Positions 1 through 11,097 of a stretch of DNA of 64,000 nt are shown here, piece after piece. Position numbers and translations under genes: made by a program. The DNA lies in the NCBI GenBank assembly GCA_977862235.1, contig OZ374560.1, forward strand, positions 1,736,001-1,800,000. The letters are read 5' to 3'. The notes under the pieces are model-generated. The model had not been told where the DNA came from and ran no database searches. It saw nothing but the letters and a program-made list of their open reading frames with translations. This DNA comes from Dudresnaya verticillata (lineage: Eukaryota). The stretch's first letter is position 1, and every line of letters starts with the position of its first letter.

Positions 1-569
1 ATCCGTGCCTTGAGAACCAATCGGGCTGGCGGACAAATAAAATTGGTCCAGGAAGCGGCGTGCGGATCCCTAGGAGTTGCAGGTATGAGCCCAGGAGGTG
101 GTTCCTGAATTTCAGGTTGGAAGTTGGCCTTCTGGCCGTTTTGAGCGCGAGCGCTGTGGTCGCGCGAGTTGTGCCGCAATGCGGCGGAGTGTCGTTCGTG
201 GATGATACGCGTGATGCGTAGGCTCTACGCCTCCTTCCCAGTAGCAGCGCAGACTAAATGCCGTCCCAGCATCTAGACACTTCCGTGCGCGTACACAAAT
301 CGAGTTTAGCCGAGCGCGTCTTGATCACCAGGTACCTCTAAACTTCCTTGGGTCGCGTCGCCGTCGCGATATTTATAATTCTCGTTCACCGCTTACAGAA
401 CCTTTCTGAGAGGATCCTGACTAGTTTTGACGACTCCTGCAGGCCTCGGAGTGGCTCCTGACACTGCCTGAGTGCGCTATTAAGTCCAATCATAATCCTC
501 ACTCTGGACCCATCGGCCGCTCACCGGTCCTGAAATTGGCTTTCTATCATACCATCCATCTTACCATCA

Positions 570-1904
570 GGAAGCATGCACCTGATGTGCGACAACAAGA
601 TCGGGCCAATAATCTCCTAACGGACACTACCCTTAAGAGGCTTGACGATTTTCTGACCTGGCAGGGGAAAAATCTCCGAGAGATGCAGGATCACGTGGAA
701 GAAATCGAAAGGGCCCCATAGCGTGAGGATATCAACCATTGAAGACAACCTCCAGGCCACCAGGGACTGCCTCGTCAGGCGAATCGATTGAACGGCAGAG
801 AAGTCACAGTAGATTCCGGAAGAGCTCTCGAAGAAAAAGACTGCGGAGCTCACCGCACTCATCTCAGATGCGCGCCCAATATAGATTCATGGCAGACGTA
901 TAAGCGCCCCCGCAGCGGAACCGGAACACGAAGAGCGATAATATACCACGCGTTCTGAGACCATGGAGTGCCAGCGAGAACACCCAAACGTTCTGGATGC
1001 CGCCCGTAAACCCTACGCAGATCCTTCCATCCGTCGGCGGGTCACCATGGCCGATATTGACGTACTCTACAACTCGGATCGGCAACCGGGGGCCACGCAA
1101 TGGGAACTTGCCAACCCACTGATCTTCGGGTACTTCCAATCCGATAAGTGGGTCCCTATTGGAGATATTCATCGCTGCATCCTAAACGATTTCGTGCACC
1201 ACAACTGGAGAGTGCTACGCGGCCTTTCATACCACTCGACAACTTTCCCATATGTGATTGAGGTTTTATTCGAGGAGGCCGCCAGGCACGAAGTCTTCTC
1301 CAGCTTACGCAGTTCATGCAATCCGTCGGCTCGGACTTTAAACTCTTACAACCGCCCTCCCAAAACAGGGCAGTTCAGGACCACGTGTTTGGGGTCGCCC
1401 TTAGATGGTGGAGGAATGGGAACCTAACCCCGCACAGGGCCACGGCAGACTGGTACCAAGACAGGCTCAGGACCCCTGCAATCGCCCACCCGTCCGTTCG
1501 CAAACGCATCGAAGCCCGTCTGGAACGCGACGGACCCAGCAAAGCCCTCAGGCTACTCCATCGAACCTCGCGATCAAGAACCGTCCACCCCTTCCATTGG
1601 AAAGTACAGGGTATAGCTACTACGGACACTCCATCAATGGGCACCTTGACTCCACACCAAGAACACATATTGGATCCCGACTCACAAGGCCACGTACTAG
1701 ACACCGAACCGAACCGCATAGGCGTGGCGAGCAGGACAACTCTACGATGCGGCGAAAAAACTGGCGCACACTCCAAATACAGATCCTGAGCCCGAAACAC
1801 CCACCTCCATCTGCAAGTGTCAGCGCCGTTGTGCTTCCCTCTATAAAGGCCTCCTTACACCAGCGACCCCCAGGACCTCGGGAATAGACGAGATGGAAGC
1901 CTGA
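570..1904 (+). pseudogene. LINE ORF1, frameshifted
   Basis: Pieces 536..721, 963..1427 and 1316..1789 each match successive parts of the 515-aa ORF1 at 48686-50233 (e.g. RWWRNGNLTPHRATADWYQ vs RWWRNGKLTPHRPTAQWYQ). Confidence 0.85.
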
Positions 1905-2890
1905 TGAAGATTGGAACTTGGAATGTATCAGGGCTTCTCTCCGCCCACACCGATGTTATGGATCTGATGCTCCCTGAAAATGCCGATGCACTAATACTTA
2001 CAATATCCAAACCCCGCCACAAGCTGCAATACGCCTCCCGCACTCAACGTTTCGTCCCCGCCACCAGAGCTAGTTCCGAAGGACCGTGGCTAGGAGGAAT
2101 GAAAATAGTACCTCGACCAGGACTAAATGCCACACTCCGCTTGGTACTCACGCCCCTACCCCTCTCTATCATGCACTATAACAGCTCGCACGCTTCCAAA
2201 TGCCCTTGTTCGGAGAGATGATTGTACGTTAGCCCGACAGCGGAAAAGCAAGAAATGCTTTCCCTTCTCTCATCCTGCAGGGCCCGATGCGTGGACAAAG
2301 CCGTTCTACTTGGATACTTTAAAGCCAGGCACCACTCATGGTGCACAACCCGTATCGATCGAGGACAATCACTGGCCTCCTGGTCCGCGCAAGCGCTCTT
2401 CCATGTCGCAGCCCCATGCCTTCCGACCTTCCGCAGCCGCAACGGCAGCGGCGGGACCAGCACCATAGACCTCTGTGTCGCCAACTGTCCCCTCGAGAAA
2501 CATCCGTACGTTGCGCAAGGTGCCTGGGATGGCGCAAGTGATCATGCGCCACTCTTCACCGAGGTCGCAACAATGCGCAAGAGCGAAACGCACCCCTCCG
2601 AGAAGCGCATCTCGAAAAGCCTGCTAGCAAGCCCACACCATTACTATAAGATCCGGTCATTTTCTGCCGACGAGCTCCCACGGTTTTGACGCACTATTGA
2701 AGGAGAAAAGACAGCGGAAGAGATATGTAACACAGCACTCGCGAGCCCTGGTTCGCAGTATATGGAACCCAGCACTCGCAACCGCGCAAGCCCTACTGGC
2801 CGCCCGCTTTCGACGTGCTGCGCCGAAAGCATCAAAGAGCCTTCAGAAAAATTTCCTGAAGCTCCGAACCCCTCGAGCAGGCGCACGCTG
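1904..2890 (+). pseudogene. LINE ORF2 APE-type endonuclease domain, disrupted
   Basis: MKIGTWNVSG ... AVLLGYFKARH (GDFNA-like) ... GTSTIDLCVAN ... WDGASDHAPL. Confidence 0.85.
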
Positions 2891-3749
2891 ATGAGTAGTA
2901 CCATCTAGCCCAGCGGACACTACGGTCACGTGGACGGGCCTCCTGACGTTCTCATGAGAATTGCCTTCGGGACGAAATATTCAGTTTGAGTCTTGATGCG
3001 TCTACACTGGTGAAAAGACCTTACTGGGGATAGCGAGCCCTGCCGAGCGTCCTGAAGCAGCAACAATCCGATGCAACATCTACCTGAAAAGAGTTTCTAC
3101 GGGTCTGTGCAATTTTGAGCACTAAATGTGGAACTGCACTGTTTGGGGCTGACCCATATGGTGTTACCAAATTTGGAGGCTCTGGAGGGAATATAAGCCC
3201 TGCAGCCCAGCTTAGACAACCCCTCCGTCTCCCCTAAGTTCTTTCCTTCGTTCTCCCGCCCACACACCCTTCATCTTTCTCGACTTCAAGTCCTTCCTTC
3301 GTTTCCATCATTTCTGTTGAGCATTCTTGCTGTTTGTTGTTAGTCATTGCATTCGACTACTCTTTTTCTGCAATAATAAAAGTAGTCATTTCCTTTTCAC
3401 ACATTCCCACTCAGAAATGGTGATGGAAATCCGAGCTCATCTCCTGAAAAGACCAAGGCGCCACAAGAATCTCACGAGTGGAACCCTCGAGCCATGCTCC
3501 TTCAAAAGACACATGCAGTCTCCCCCAGATATCCAGATATCCGTAACATGCCAGATCCAGCTGAGTTTTATGTTCCCCCGTCATTAAAGGCCACCTATAC
3601 ATCACTCTGTCTCGGCAATGTTGATTTGAAAAGCAACTGGCCCAGATCAAACCCATGTTCAAACGCTCAAGTTATGCCCGGCGCTTGCGGCAGACATGTT
3701 GTTCTCACTCTGGAAGCGCTGCAGTAATTTCGGTATCTTTCACGAGAAT

Positions 3750-4308
3750 GGTGCTAAGGGCTCCTTGTCCCCGTTCACACGAAAGGAAGCAGAAAAGATT
3801 CTACCACCTGCAGACCACTCTGTATGCTGTCCCACATCGGAAGGTAATAGAACGCGCGATAGATCATGATGTGGAGTTGGCATTCTCTCTGCACAAAATA
3901 CAGACCGGCTTCCAACGGCATCTAAGAGCTGATATGGGTGTCGCCCTGACTCTAGCAGCTCAGGAAGCTGGAGATGACTATATAGCCGTTCTGGGCTTGA
4001 AGAGCGCGTATGACAAAGTGGACCGTCACATCATCCTGAAACTTTGCTCTGATCGCCTGCAGCCACATCTGGTAGCGATGATACAAGCAACGCTAGATAC
4101 ACTCAAGGTTCGAACCGCAGGCGACGCAACCAGCTGCGAAGTTGAAAATACTCGGTGTTACCCAAGATTCCCCTCTCATCTCAGTGCTCCTCAACATACT
4201 TATCGACGACCTTGCGCACTCTCTCTGCCGACAAACTGCTAGGAGAGTACAACATCCTCCAGTTCGACTGTTCGCTGACGACTGCTTACTACATTTGAAC
4301 TCTCCCAT
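3750..4308 (+). pseudogene. LINE reverse transcriptase fragment
   Basis: GFQRHLRADMG...YIAVLGLKSAYDKVDR...GVTQDSPLISVLLNILIDDL...RLFADDCLLH; frameshifted and truncated right after the ADD motif. Confidence 0.9.
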
Positions 4309-5918
4309 ACACGACGTGCGGCATCTCGAACGTCAGCGGCACGTATTCGGAGTCTCCGCTCGAAGGACCGGCACCACCCGACAACGACTTCGAAGCCCGC
4401 GGAGGCGAAACGACACTCTTCGAAGGCTCCGGAGCCATAAACCCAGCCGTGCCAGCAGCGAGCTCGCCCTCGAGGTGGCGGTGGACGCCCTCTGTACGAT
4501 CTCCGGTCGACCCGGTTCCCTCTCGTGACCCTTGCCCGACATCGCAACACGAAGTCAGCTGCGACGCGACCCGCGGAGGACTCGAAGTACTTGACCCAAC
4601 ACCGAGACCCGAAACCCATAACCGACCACCGCAAACCACCGAAGCCAACGGAGCAACAACACGAACGCCACGGAGCGGAGCGAACGATGCGAAGTGAGAC
4701 CCTCGCGGAGGCAATGGCGCACACGAAGAAGCAGACGAGACCGCAAAGACCGAATTACAAGGCGCTGAAGCGTGTTGTGTGTGAGCGCGATGACCGGAGA
4801 ATCAAGGGGCTCGGACCCAGCCCAACACGAAGTTGAAATAGAACAGGTCGCTCGCACCCCGTCACCGTGATCCGCGTGCACACGCGTCGGCGGACGGTGC
4901 CGAAGCCGTAACCCGTTTTACGTACACGGAATATCTCCGTGACTAGCCCATACCAAGGCGCTATCGCACACCTGATCCGAATTCAAATTCGTAAGCCCCG
5001 GGGCACCACTGCGCGACAACCTGAGCTCGAAGCAATCGCCGCGCCGCCACTCGGATGGCTCCACACGCGCTCCTCCGAGGGAAACCGCGCCACGCCAATT
5101 CTTGATTCGTAACCCGCGACCGGGGCGTTCGCTCTGGAGGAGGGGGCCGTGTGGTATAGACGCTGCGCGCAAAACGACTCCGTGGTGTACGTGAAAATAA
5201 TCGGGAAATACGAATTTCGAAGTGAATCCGTGAACGCGCATGCCACGATGGCAAACGTATTACAGTGCGCATACTCTGCGCGCGTCACTATGACACTCGC
5301 ATTACAGTGCGCACCAAATACGGAATCGCTGACACCTCCGTGTTTTTCCCGTTGTTTCCTGCTCGAACAGCTCCGAGGTCCACGACCCGCGTTCACCACC
5401 GTATGCATTTCTGGCGTACTTCGTAACCGCTACCATACATGAGACGACCGTTCGTTGGCTCCGAAGCCGTTACCAATTCTTTGAGTACGAACCGTCTCCC
5501 TTGTTGACGTGTATTCGTGCTCACGTAGTAGTACCTAGCCAGTCGTCTGGCACGACCTCCGAGGGTTTACAGTAAGCGACTAGCGCCCGGACCTCGGAGT
5601 CTTCGGTAAACGCATGTTTCTTCGAGTTCGGTGTCTTCGTGTTCGTGACCGCGGGTACGGTCGAGCCTCGCTTTCGATAGACCCGCGCTCCCGGAGCCGT
5701 GCTCCCGGAGCCATCCCCGGTGATCGATTGCTCGAGTTCTCCCTTCCGCGCAGGAATACGTTGATACCGTGGTCCTTCGCGTCGGTCGCCCCGCTCTACC
5801 ACGATACCGCCCTTTTTCCTTTCTTCGTTTTCCCTTAGGCTACGAGGCCACACGTTCGGCTCCGAGGCCATCCCTTACAGTGATCGACTTCCCCGCGTCT
5901 CCGTGGACATTCGTTATA
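4309..5918 (+). mobile_element. Gypsy family B 3' fragment: internal 3' region, PPT (5136-5146) and 3' LTR (5150-5918)
   Basis: Reverse-complement homolog of 55585-57290. GGAGGAGGGGG-CCG precedes TGTGGTATAG. The terminal CCACA of the LTR is missing. Confidence 0.85.
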
Positions 5919-6009
5919 TGGAAAGAAGTCGAAGCGAAAGCGTCAAACATCATCGTAGGCCGGCTAATTGTTGTCTCTACTTTGCCATGGATGGCGAATG
6001 TCATTAACT

Positions 6010-6443
6010 AGACTAGGCACAGGACGCGATGGCAACAACAAGAGAGGTGAGCACAGAGCAGGATTGCCCCAAGACGTGTCGATACGTACGGATAACGGCT
6101 ACGCAGGGGCACGCGCGGGCGTATCGGTCCGGCGCGAATTCAACAGCACAATGCCGGAGTGCTCGCGCGACGTGCGCCGTGTGTGGCACGGCGTGCGCGA
6201 CAGCCAGGCGTTGGCCCGCCGCTTAATTTATACTTCACTGTAAACAAAAAAGTAGCAATTACACGGAAGTGTCAGTGTCATTCTCATGCACTCGTACACG
6301 TCTGCGCCACAGCGCACTTCAGTACAGCTTGAGCGGGGCCTCAATGCCACCGGCTTACAGTGTTTGCACCGCGTGGCACACGTGGCACAGCTGCTCTTAC
6401 AGCTGCCCATGCGTGGCCCAGCTGGTCTTACAGCTATACCGCA
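6010..6443 (-). mobile_element. Partial, diverged LTR of Gypsy family C
   Basis: Inverted homolog of 51634-52100 (CAGCTGGTCTTACAGCTATACCGCA is the near reverse complement of the LTR start TGTGGCATAGCTGTAAGACCAGCTG). Confidence 0.75.
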
Positions 6444-6769
6444 TATATGAGAGCGGCACCACGGAAGCTCCTAGCGTAAACGAGAAAGCAACCCCTGAGC
6501 CCCTTGCCCATTGTATCTCATTCTTTTACAGGTTTCCCCGCGCCAAGACCGTTGCAGTCTAGCACGACCAACGCTACAGAATCCGTCTCGACACTGGTAC
6601 CATATCGTCTTCTGTTGCTTCCCAATATCGGTTAAGGTTAGAAGCTTGCTGTTACTCCGTCTCGGTGCGAACTATTCCAACACCCAGTGGAGGTAGTGTC
6701 CCTGTCCTTCCGTGGAGGAAATATAGGCCAGCTTTCTGTTATCGAAGTTCATGGTTTTCAGGTGAGTGT

Positions 6770-7127
6770 TGAAACGGTTTACGCGCATGAAAAGATGCAA
6801 ATGGCGAAGGACAGTGAGCCTTGCCGAGCGTCCCACGGAAGTGCGGCACGGATGGGGTCTGTTAGTGTAAGATGCACTTGAGGGTTGCACTGTAGACAGA
6901 TTGACGTGGAGGGCGGCGGACTGGTGACCCGTACATATTTCATGAGGCCTCTCCCGCTCTCTCCCGCTCTCTCCGAAAACTACTTCAACCATCGAGGAAT
7001 TATTAACACGACTCCCGCGATGCAACATTACATACCCAACGCCGGACGCTATGCACCGATCGAGACAACATTTAACCGCAGGACCTTGGAGGAGCTGAAA
7101 CCTCCAGAGTCAAGTTCATCCTTTCTC
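6770..7127 (+). repeat. Terminal direct repeat of YR element 1 (second copy split: 9555-9646 and 22130-22399)
   Basis: GTTTACGCGCATGAAA.GATGCAAATGGC...GAGCCTTGCCGAGCGTCCCA and CTTGAGGGTTGCACTGTAGACAGATTGACG...GAGTCAAGTTCATCCTTTCT occur in both places. Confidence 0.9.
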
Positions 7128-7810
7128 CACTACATTGAGAAAGGTGTTACGCTCATCTCGAGTGGGGGCGCTTCTACACCAATGCCTGAATCTGGGAACG
7201 CGGTCAACAATGTCTTTAACTCTGCGCTTATCAAAGTCAGGGAACCAGAAGATTATAGCAAAATCATCAACAACATCACTGCTATCACTTTCGCTGGAAA
7301 CTCTCTCAGCTATTGCCTCGTTCTGGGCCTGTCCAAGCCCACAGGCTCACCTATTTCAAGCCGGACACCAAACTGTACCGGGATACACTCAAAAAGAGAT
7401 CGCCGTAACGGCAAGGAGCTTGAGTATATCCACTCGACCGGGACATGACTTGAGCAAGCATTGTGCTCACTTGAACTTTTCAAAACTAGCACCAATGCCG
7501 GAGAGTAGGGACGCCTTCTCTCTATTCTTGAGGACTGCTTACTGGCCAGCAGAGAAGTCCTCGCAATGCGGACGGCCCACTTTCACGCTGTCCTCACCAA
7601 GGGCCCGGCCGTCGCTCGACAGCTGGCTGAAATGGTGGAAACCAAAGTGGAAGCTAAAAATGCCCACGTCCAATCTTCCAACTACGCTTCCGTCTACGCA
7701 GAGTTGTCAGCCAAATACGTCCTTGACGCTGCCAAAGACATCGCTAAGAAAGAAGTTGGAAGTGGCAGAAACATGCAAGAGGGTGCGCCAGGAAAGGATG
7801 CGTCCCGTGG

Positions 7811-8480
7811 TTGCCATATCTCAGGCTTCAGGCCATAACATACGGGGAACTGGTTGCCGTACGAAATACTTTGGAGGACGACTTACTCCAAGCCACTCTG
7901 CAGGGGCACCCAAAGATAGTACGTATGCATGTGGACAACATGGAAGTGTTATACCTGGTCAACAACATGGTTTCCTCCAAGCGCGAGTATATGGAGGAGA
8001 TGCGAGGACTCAATGAGAGTCTCCCGGAGAGCCACGTGGATCCCTTCAGCCCTTAATCGGCACGCCGACCGGCTCAGCAAAACGTGGAACTCTACCGACC
8101 TCGCGGCAACACTTGATGCGATCATTAGAGGCATCGTTGCGACTACAGTGGGTAAACCGATTCTGCTCCCTCAACGAGGCTCCGGCAGCACTGGCGCGCG
8201 TGATACGAGCACAGTTCGCAGAGCCATGGGCGGGCGGAGTGAGCCGATTATGGAACCCTCCACTGCTCTGGATTCCTCTCACGTTAATGAAGATCGAAGC
8301 GGAGAAGGCGCACGGGTCATAGTAGTACCGCTTTGGACAGGTGCGAGCTGGTACGGGCAACTGCAACGCATCTCGCTCGCGGCCAAGGTAATCCTGCCGC
8401 AACAAGGTCAGCAGCTCTTCGCCTCCGGATTCCCGACAGCATGGGGTCCGGAACTGGTCGAAGTCGACGGTCGACCACAG
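7811..8480 (+). pseudogene. DIRS-type RNase H C-terminus followed by DNA N6-adenine methyltransferase-like (MT) domain, frameshifted
   Basis: ITYGELVAV...VRMHVDNMEVLYLVN...SALNRHADRLSK (DIRS RNase H E/D/D motifs); then PW...LWNPPLLWIPLTLMKI...VIVVPLWTGASWYGQL (NPP motif and PxW..W pattern of DIRS MT). Confidence 0.75.
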
Positions 8481-8499
8481 ACACAATCAGCAACGTCAT

Positions 8500-9551
8500 C
8501 GCTTCTGCGTTACCTCACATTCCCTGCGGACGGACCAGCCTCCAATTAGCTTGTTATGCGTCGACGAAACGAACCAACAACAGCCAATGGAACGAACCAA
8601 GTTCGAGCGTTTCTGTATCGCCGAAGGCCACACACGACTTCCAGCCAGTGTTGGGACCGCCTTGGCCTACATTGGATTCCATTTTGAGGAGGGTGGTATT
8701 CATGGGCCTTCTTTGAACCACTATCTCTCGGCTATTCGGACTCGAAATTCTCGCGAGCACCATCCCGATCCCTCTACCGGGCAAGAGCATCGCGAGTTGG
8801 TGCGCGCCTTCCGCCGACAAGATGATGCTCGAATCAGTTATCGCGATGCAAACGCGTCCATTCTAGCCTCCGTGATTGCCCTTGTTCGCCAGTACGGGTT
8901 AGCACATCATAACGGGACTGCAGTGAAACGTGATGCAGCCTTGGTTGAGTTTCAGTACTTACTGTCCTGACGAGCGGTCACCTTGAGAACCGTTCGCATC
9001 TCTGACGTCATCGTCTCCCGTACCGCGTGAGAACAAGGTCAGGAGACGTTTTCTATCACCGCAAGGCCACAAAAAAGTAAAGACTGTCTCATTAGAGGGG
9101 CTCATTGCTCTTTTTAATATGTACTAATACCAGAACGGATAATTTGCTTGGTTTGCAGCACCGCTACTTCACCACAAGGTTTTCCCTTCCCAGTGATACC
9201 TTCTATTGGTATCACAATGGTGATGCACATGGCGCTCAGCACGTCACCGAGGCCCTGACAACTATACTACGCATTCTTGGTGTCGACCCAGCACCGTTCT
9301 GCTACTATTCATCCCATAGCCTCAGAAGTGGAAGAGTTACAGCCTTGGTGTTACTTGGCGTTCCCATACCCGTCATAGTTCAGAGAGGGCTCTCGTCCTC
9401 TGACCGGATGGTTCTCAACGTGTACTCTGACGGAAGATTTCAGTACACACTCGAGATGTCGCGGTATTTCCAGTTACTGTTGCGTTCAGTACAGCGACGT
9501 GGTAAGCTTAGCCCGGCTAATCCGGGCTTACGATTCGGTATTTCACAATAG
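8500..9551 (+). pseudogene. Tyrosine recombinase, disrupted
   Basis: N-terminal core-binding part (KFERFC...LPAS...YLSAIR), RDAALV...*RA, and YSSHSLRSG...RG...VLNVY catalytic-region motifs. Confidence 0.85.
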
Positions 9552-10351
9552 TATTGAATCAGTTTACGCGCATGAAAGGATGCAAATGGCCAGGGATAGT
9601 GAGCCTTGCCGAGCGTCCCATGAACGTGCGGCACGGGCGTGGACTGTGTGGCAGAATGGACTCTGTCAGCAGGAGGGCTTACAGGAGTGCACTCCTTTTT
9701 GTGGGACAGAATGTCCCTTAGTCAGGACAGCTGTCCTTTCATCGCTGTACACGTGGCCTACACGTGGCACTACAGTGGTGCCAGTTGGACGCCTCGTATA
9801 GGCTGATTTATGACGCGCCGCTGCGCTCCTACTCATGGACGAGGAGCGCCCCAGCGTTCAGGATATCGGCAATGCAGCCGAGACCCCGGCTTGAGCATCG
9901 GCGCATCCGCCACCAAGTCCCTTGGCTGGAACGCATTCCCACCTTTAACTTGTACTGGCTGTACTAACCTACGTAACTATAATCATAGACTAACTTGGAC
10001 CCCCTTCCGGGCTGATAGACTTCTCGGCTGTCAAGCCCTACTTAGGGGCGCCGGAATAGCCGGCACCCTCAGAATAGACGATCAGCGGAGTTGTTCGAGA
10101 ATTGCCCACCTTTGGGTCGTTCGGACGCTCCGCACCTGCAGGGGTCGCCTAGTACCGACCTGGAAATTGTACGACAAGTACTCTACGAAACACCAGGTCG
10201 CTACCTCTATATTTCCATGAGTCGGTCCCGCCGAGTGTTTACCGCGGTTCCGCATCCCCCTTCGGGCCATCAGGGCCTGCCCCCTTTTCAAGACTCTACG
10301 AACCTCCACCGAGCTACCACACCCTAGCGTTTGTCGCCGGACAGCTGTCCC

Positions 10352-11031
10352 TGTGGTGTAGTGAAAGGCACACCTATAAGGAGAGCTGATCAGGCAATCC
10401 CAATAAGGAGTGATCTCACACGGCACCAGGGTGGTAGAGCTTAGTTCGTAGACCGAAGGGAGTACCTCGAGCGGCAACATCTGTAAGGAGTAAAGGGACG
10501 CAACAGACAAGGGGGACGGTACAGTGCCAGGAAAGCTACACCAGGACGGAGGTAAGAAGAATCCGTGCACGGGGCTGGCGAGGGGAACCCGTGAAAGAGT
10601 ATGAGGGTAAGGCTTAGGGTAAGTCACTTTACCCAGGGTTGCATACCCGTTTACTGTATTCGCGGTGGCCACCCATTATTATACTGGGAAATACGCCCCG
10701 CGGTCCGGTCCTTGTGGGACAGACCCCAATGGGTCTGGTCCACCAGGTGGGTCCGGCCCTACTGGTCCCGGTCACCGTTGCGGACATGCTTGGTATTCTC
10801 ATTGGCCGGCTTACACCACGTACTGTATAGCATCATTAAAATTACCTAAATAAAAAGAAATCAACTACTTGGCTCCTATTGGTGGTGCACGCAGACTGCA
10901 GCAGGGCATAGAGTGCTACTGTGTCGCTGCACTGCGCTTCGGCTTTTGGCGCGCGCTTGGCAGAGCGCGGGTTATCGACGATCTCGCGCCGGCTCGCCCT
11001 CGTTCGCACTCCAAACGGCCACTTCACCACA
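10352..11031 (-). repeat. 3' LTR of Gypsy A
   Basis: Direct repeat of 21402-22082; adjacent minus-strand PPT AAGGAGGGGGG. Confidence 0.95.
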
Positions 11032-11097
11032 GACCCCCCTCCTTAAATAGAGACACGTCCTTTTGCGCCACAGCACGTCTTTGACAACTCCACTCAG

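Larger units (their letters stand above)
536..4308 (+). mobile_element. Degenerate non-LTR retrotransposon (LINE, ORF1 + APE endonuclease + RT), 3'-truncated and interrupted at ~2900-3740
   Basis: ORF1 fragments align by eye to ORF1 of the copy at 48686-50233 (YFQSDKWVPIGDIHRCILND vs YFSYSKWVLVGELHRCILQD). APE motifs IGTWNV, STIDL and SDH, and RT motifs GFQRH, LKSAYDKVD and LFADD are present. Sequence switches to Gypsy DNA at ~4309. Confidence 0.9.

Noticed and set aside
10082..10853. Repeated ORFs MATANTVNGY... / MHTRLLYSRW... (also at 21318-21961 and 34106-34870)
   Set aside because: They recur only because they lie within LTR copies; their ends differ between copies and they carry no protein motifs
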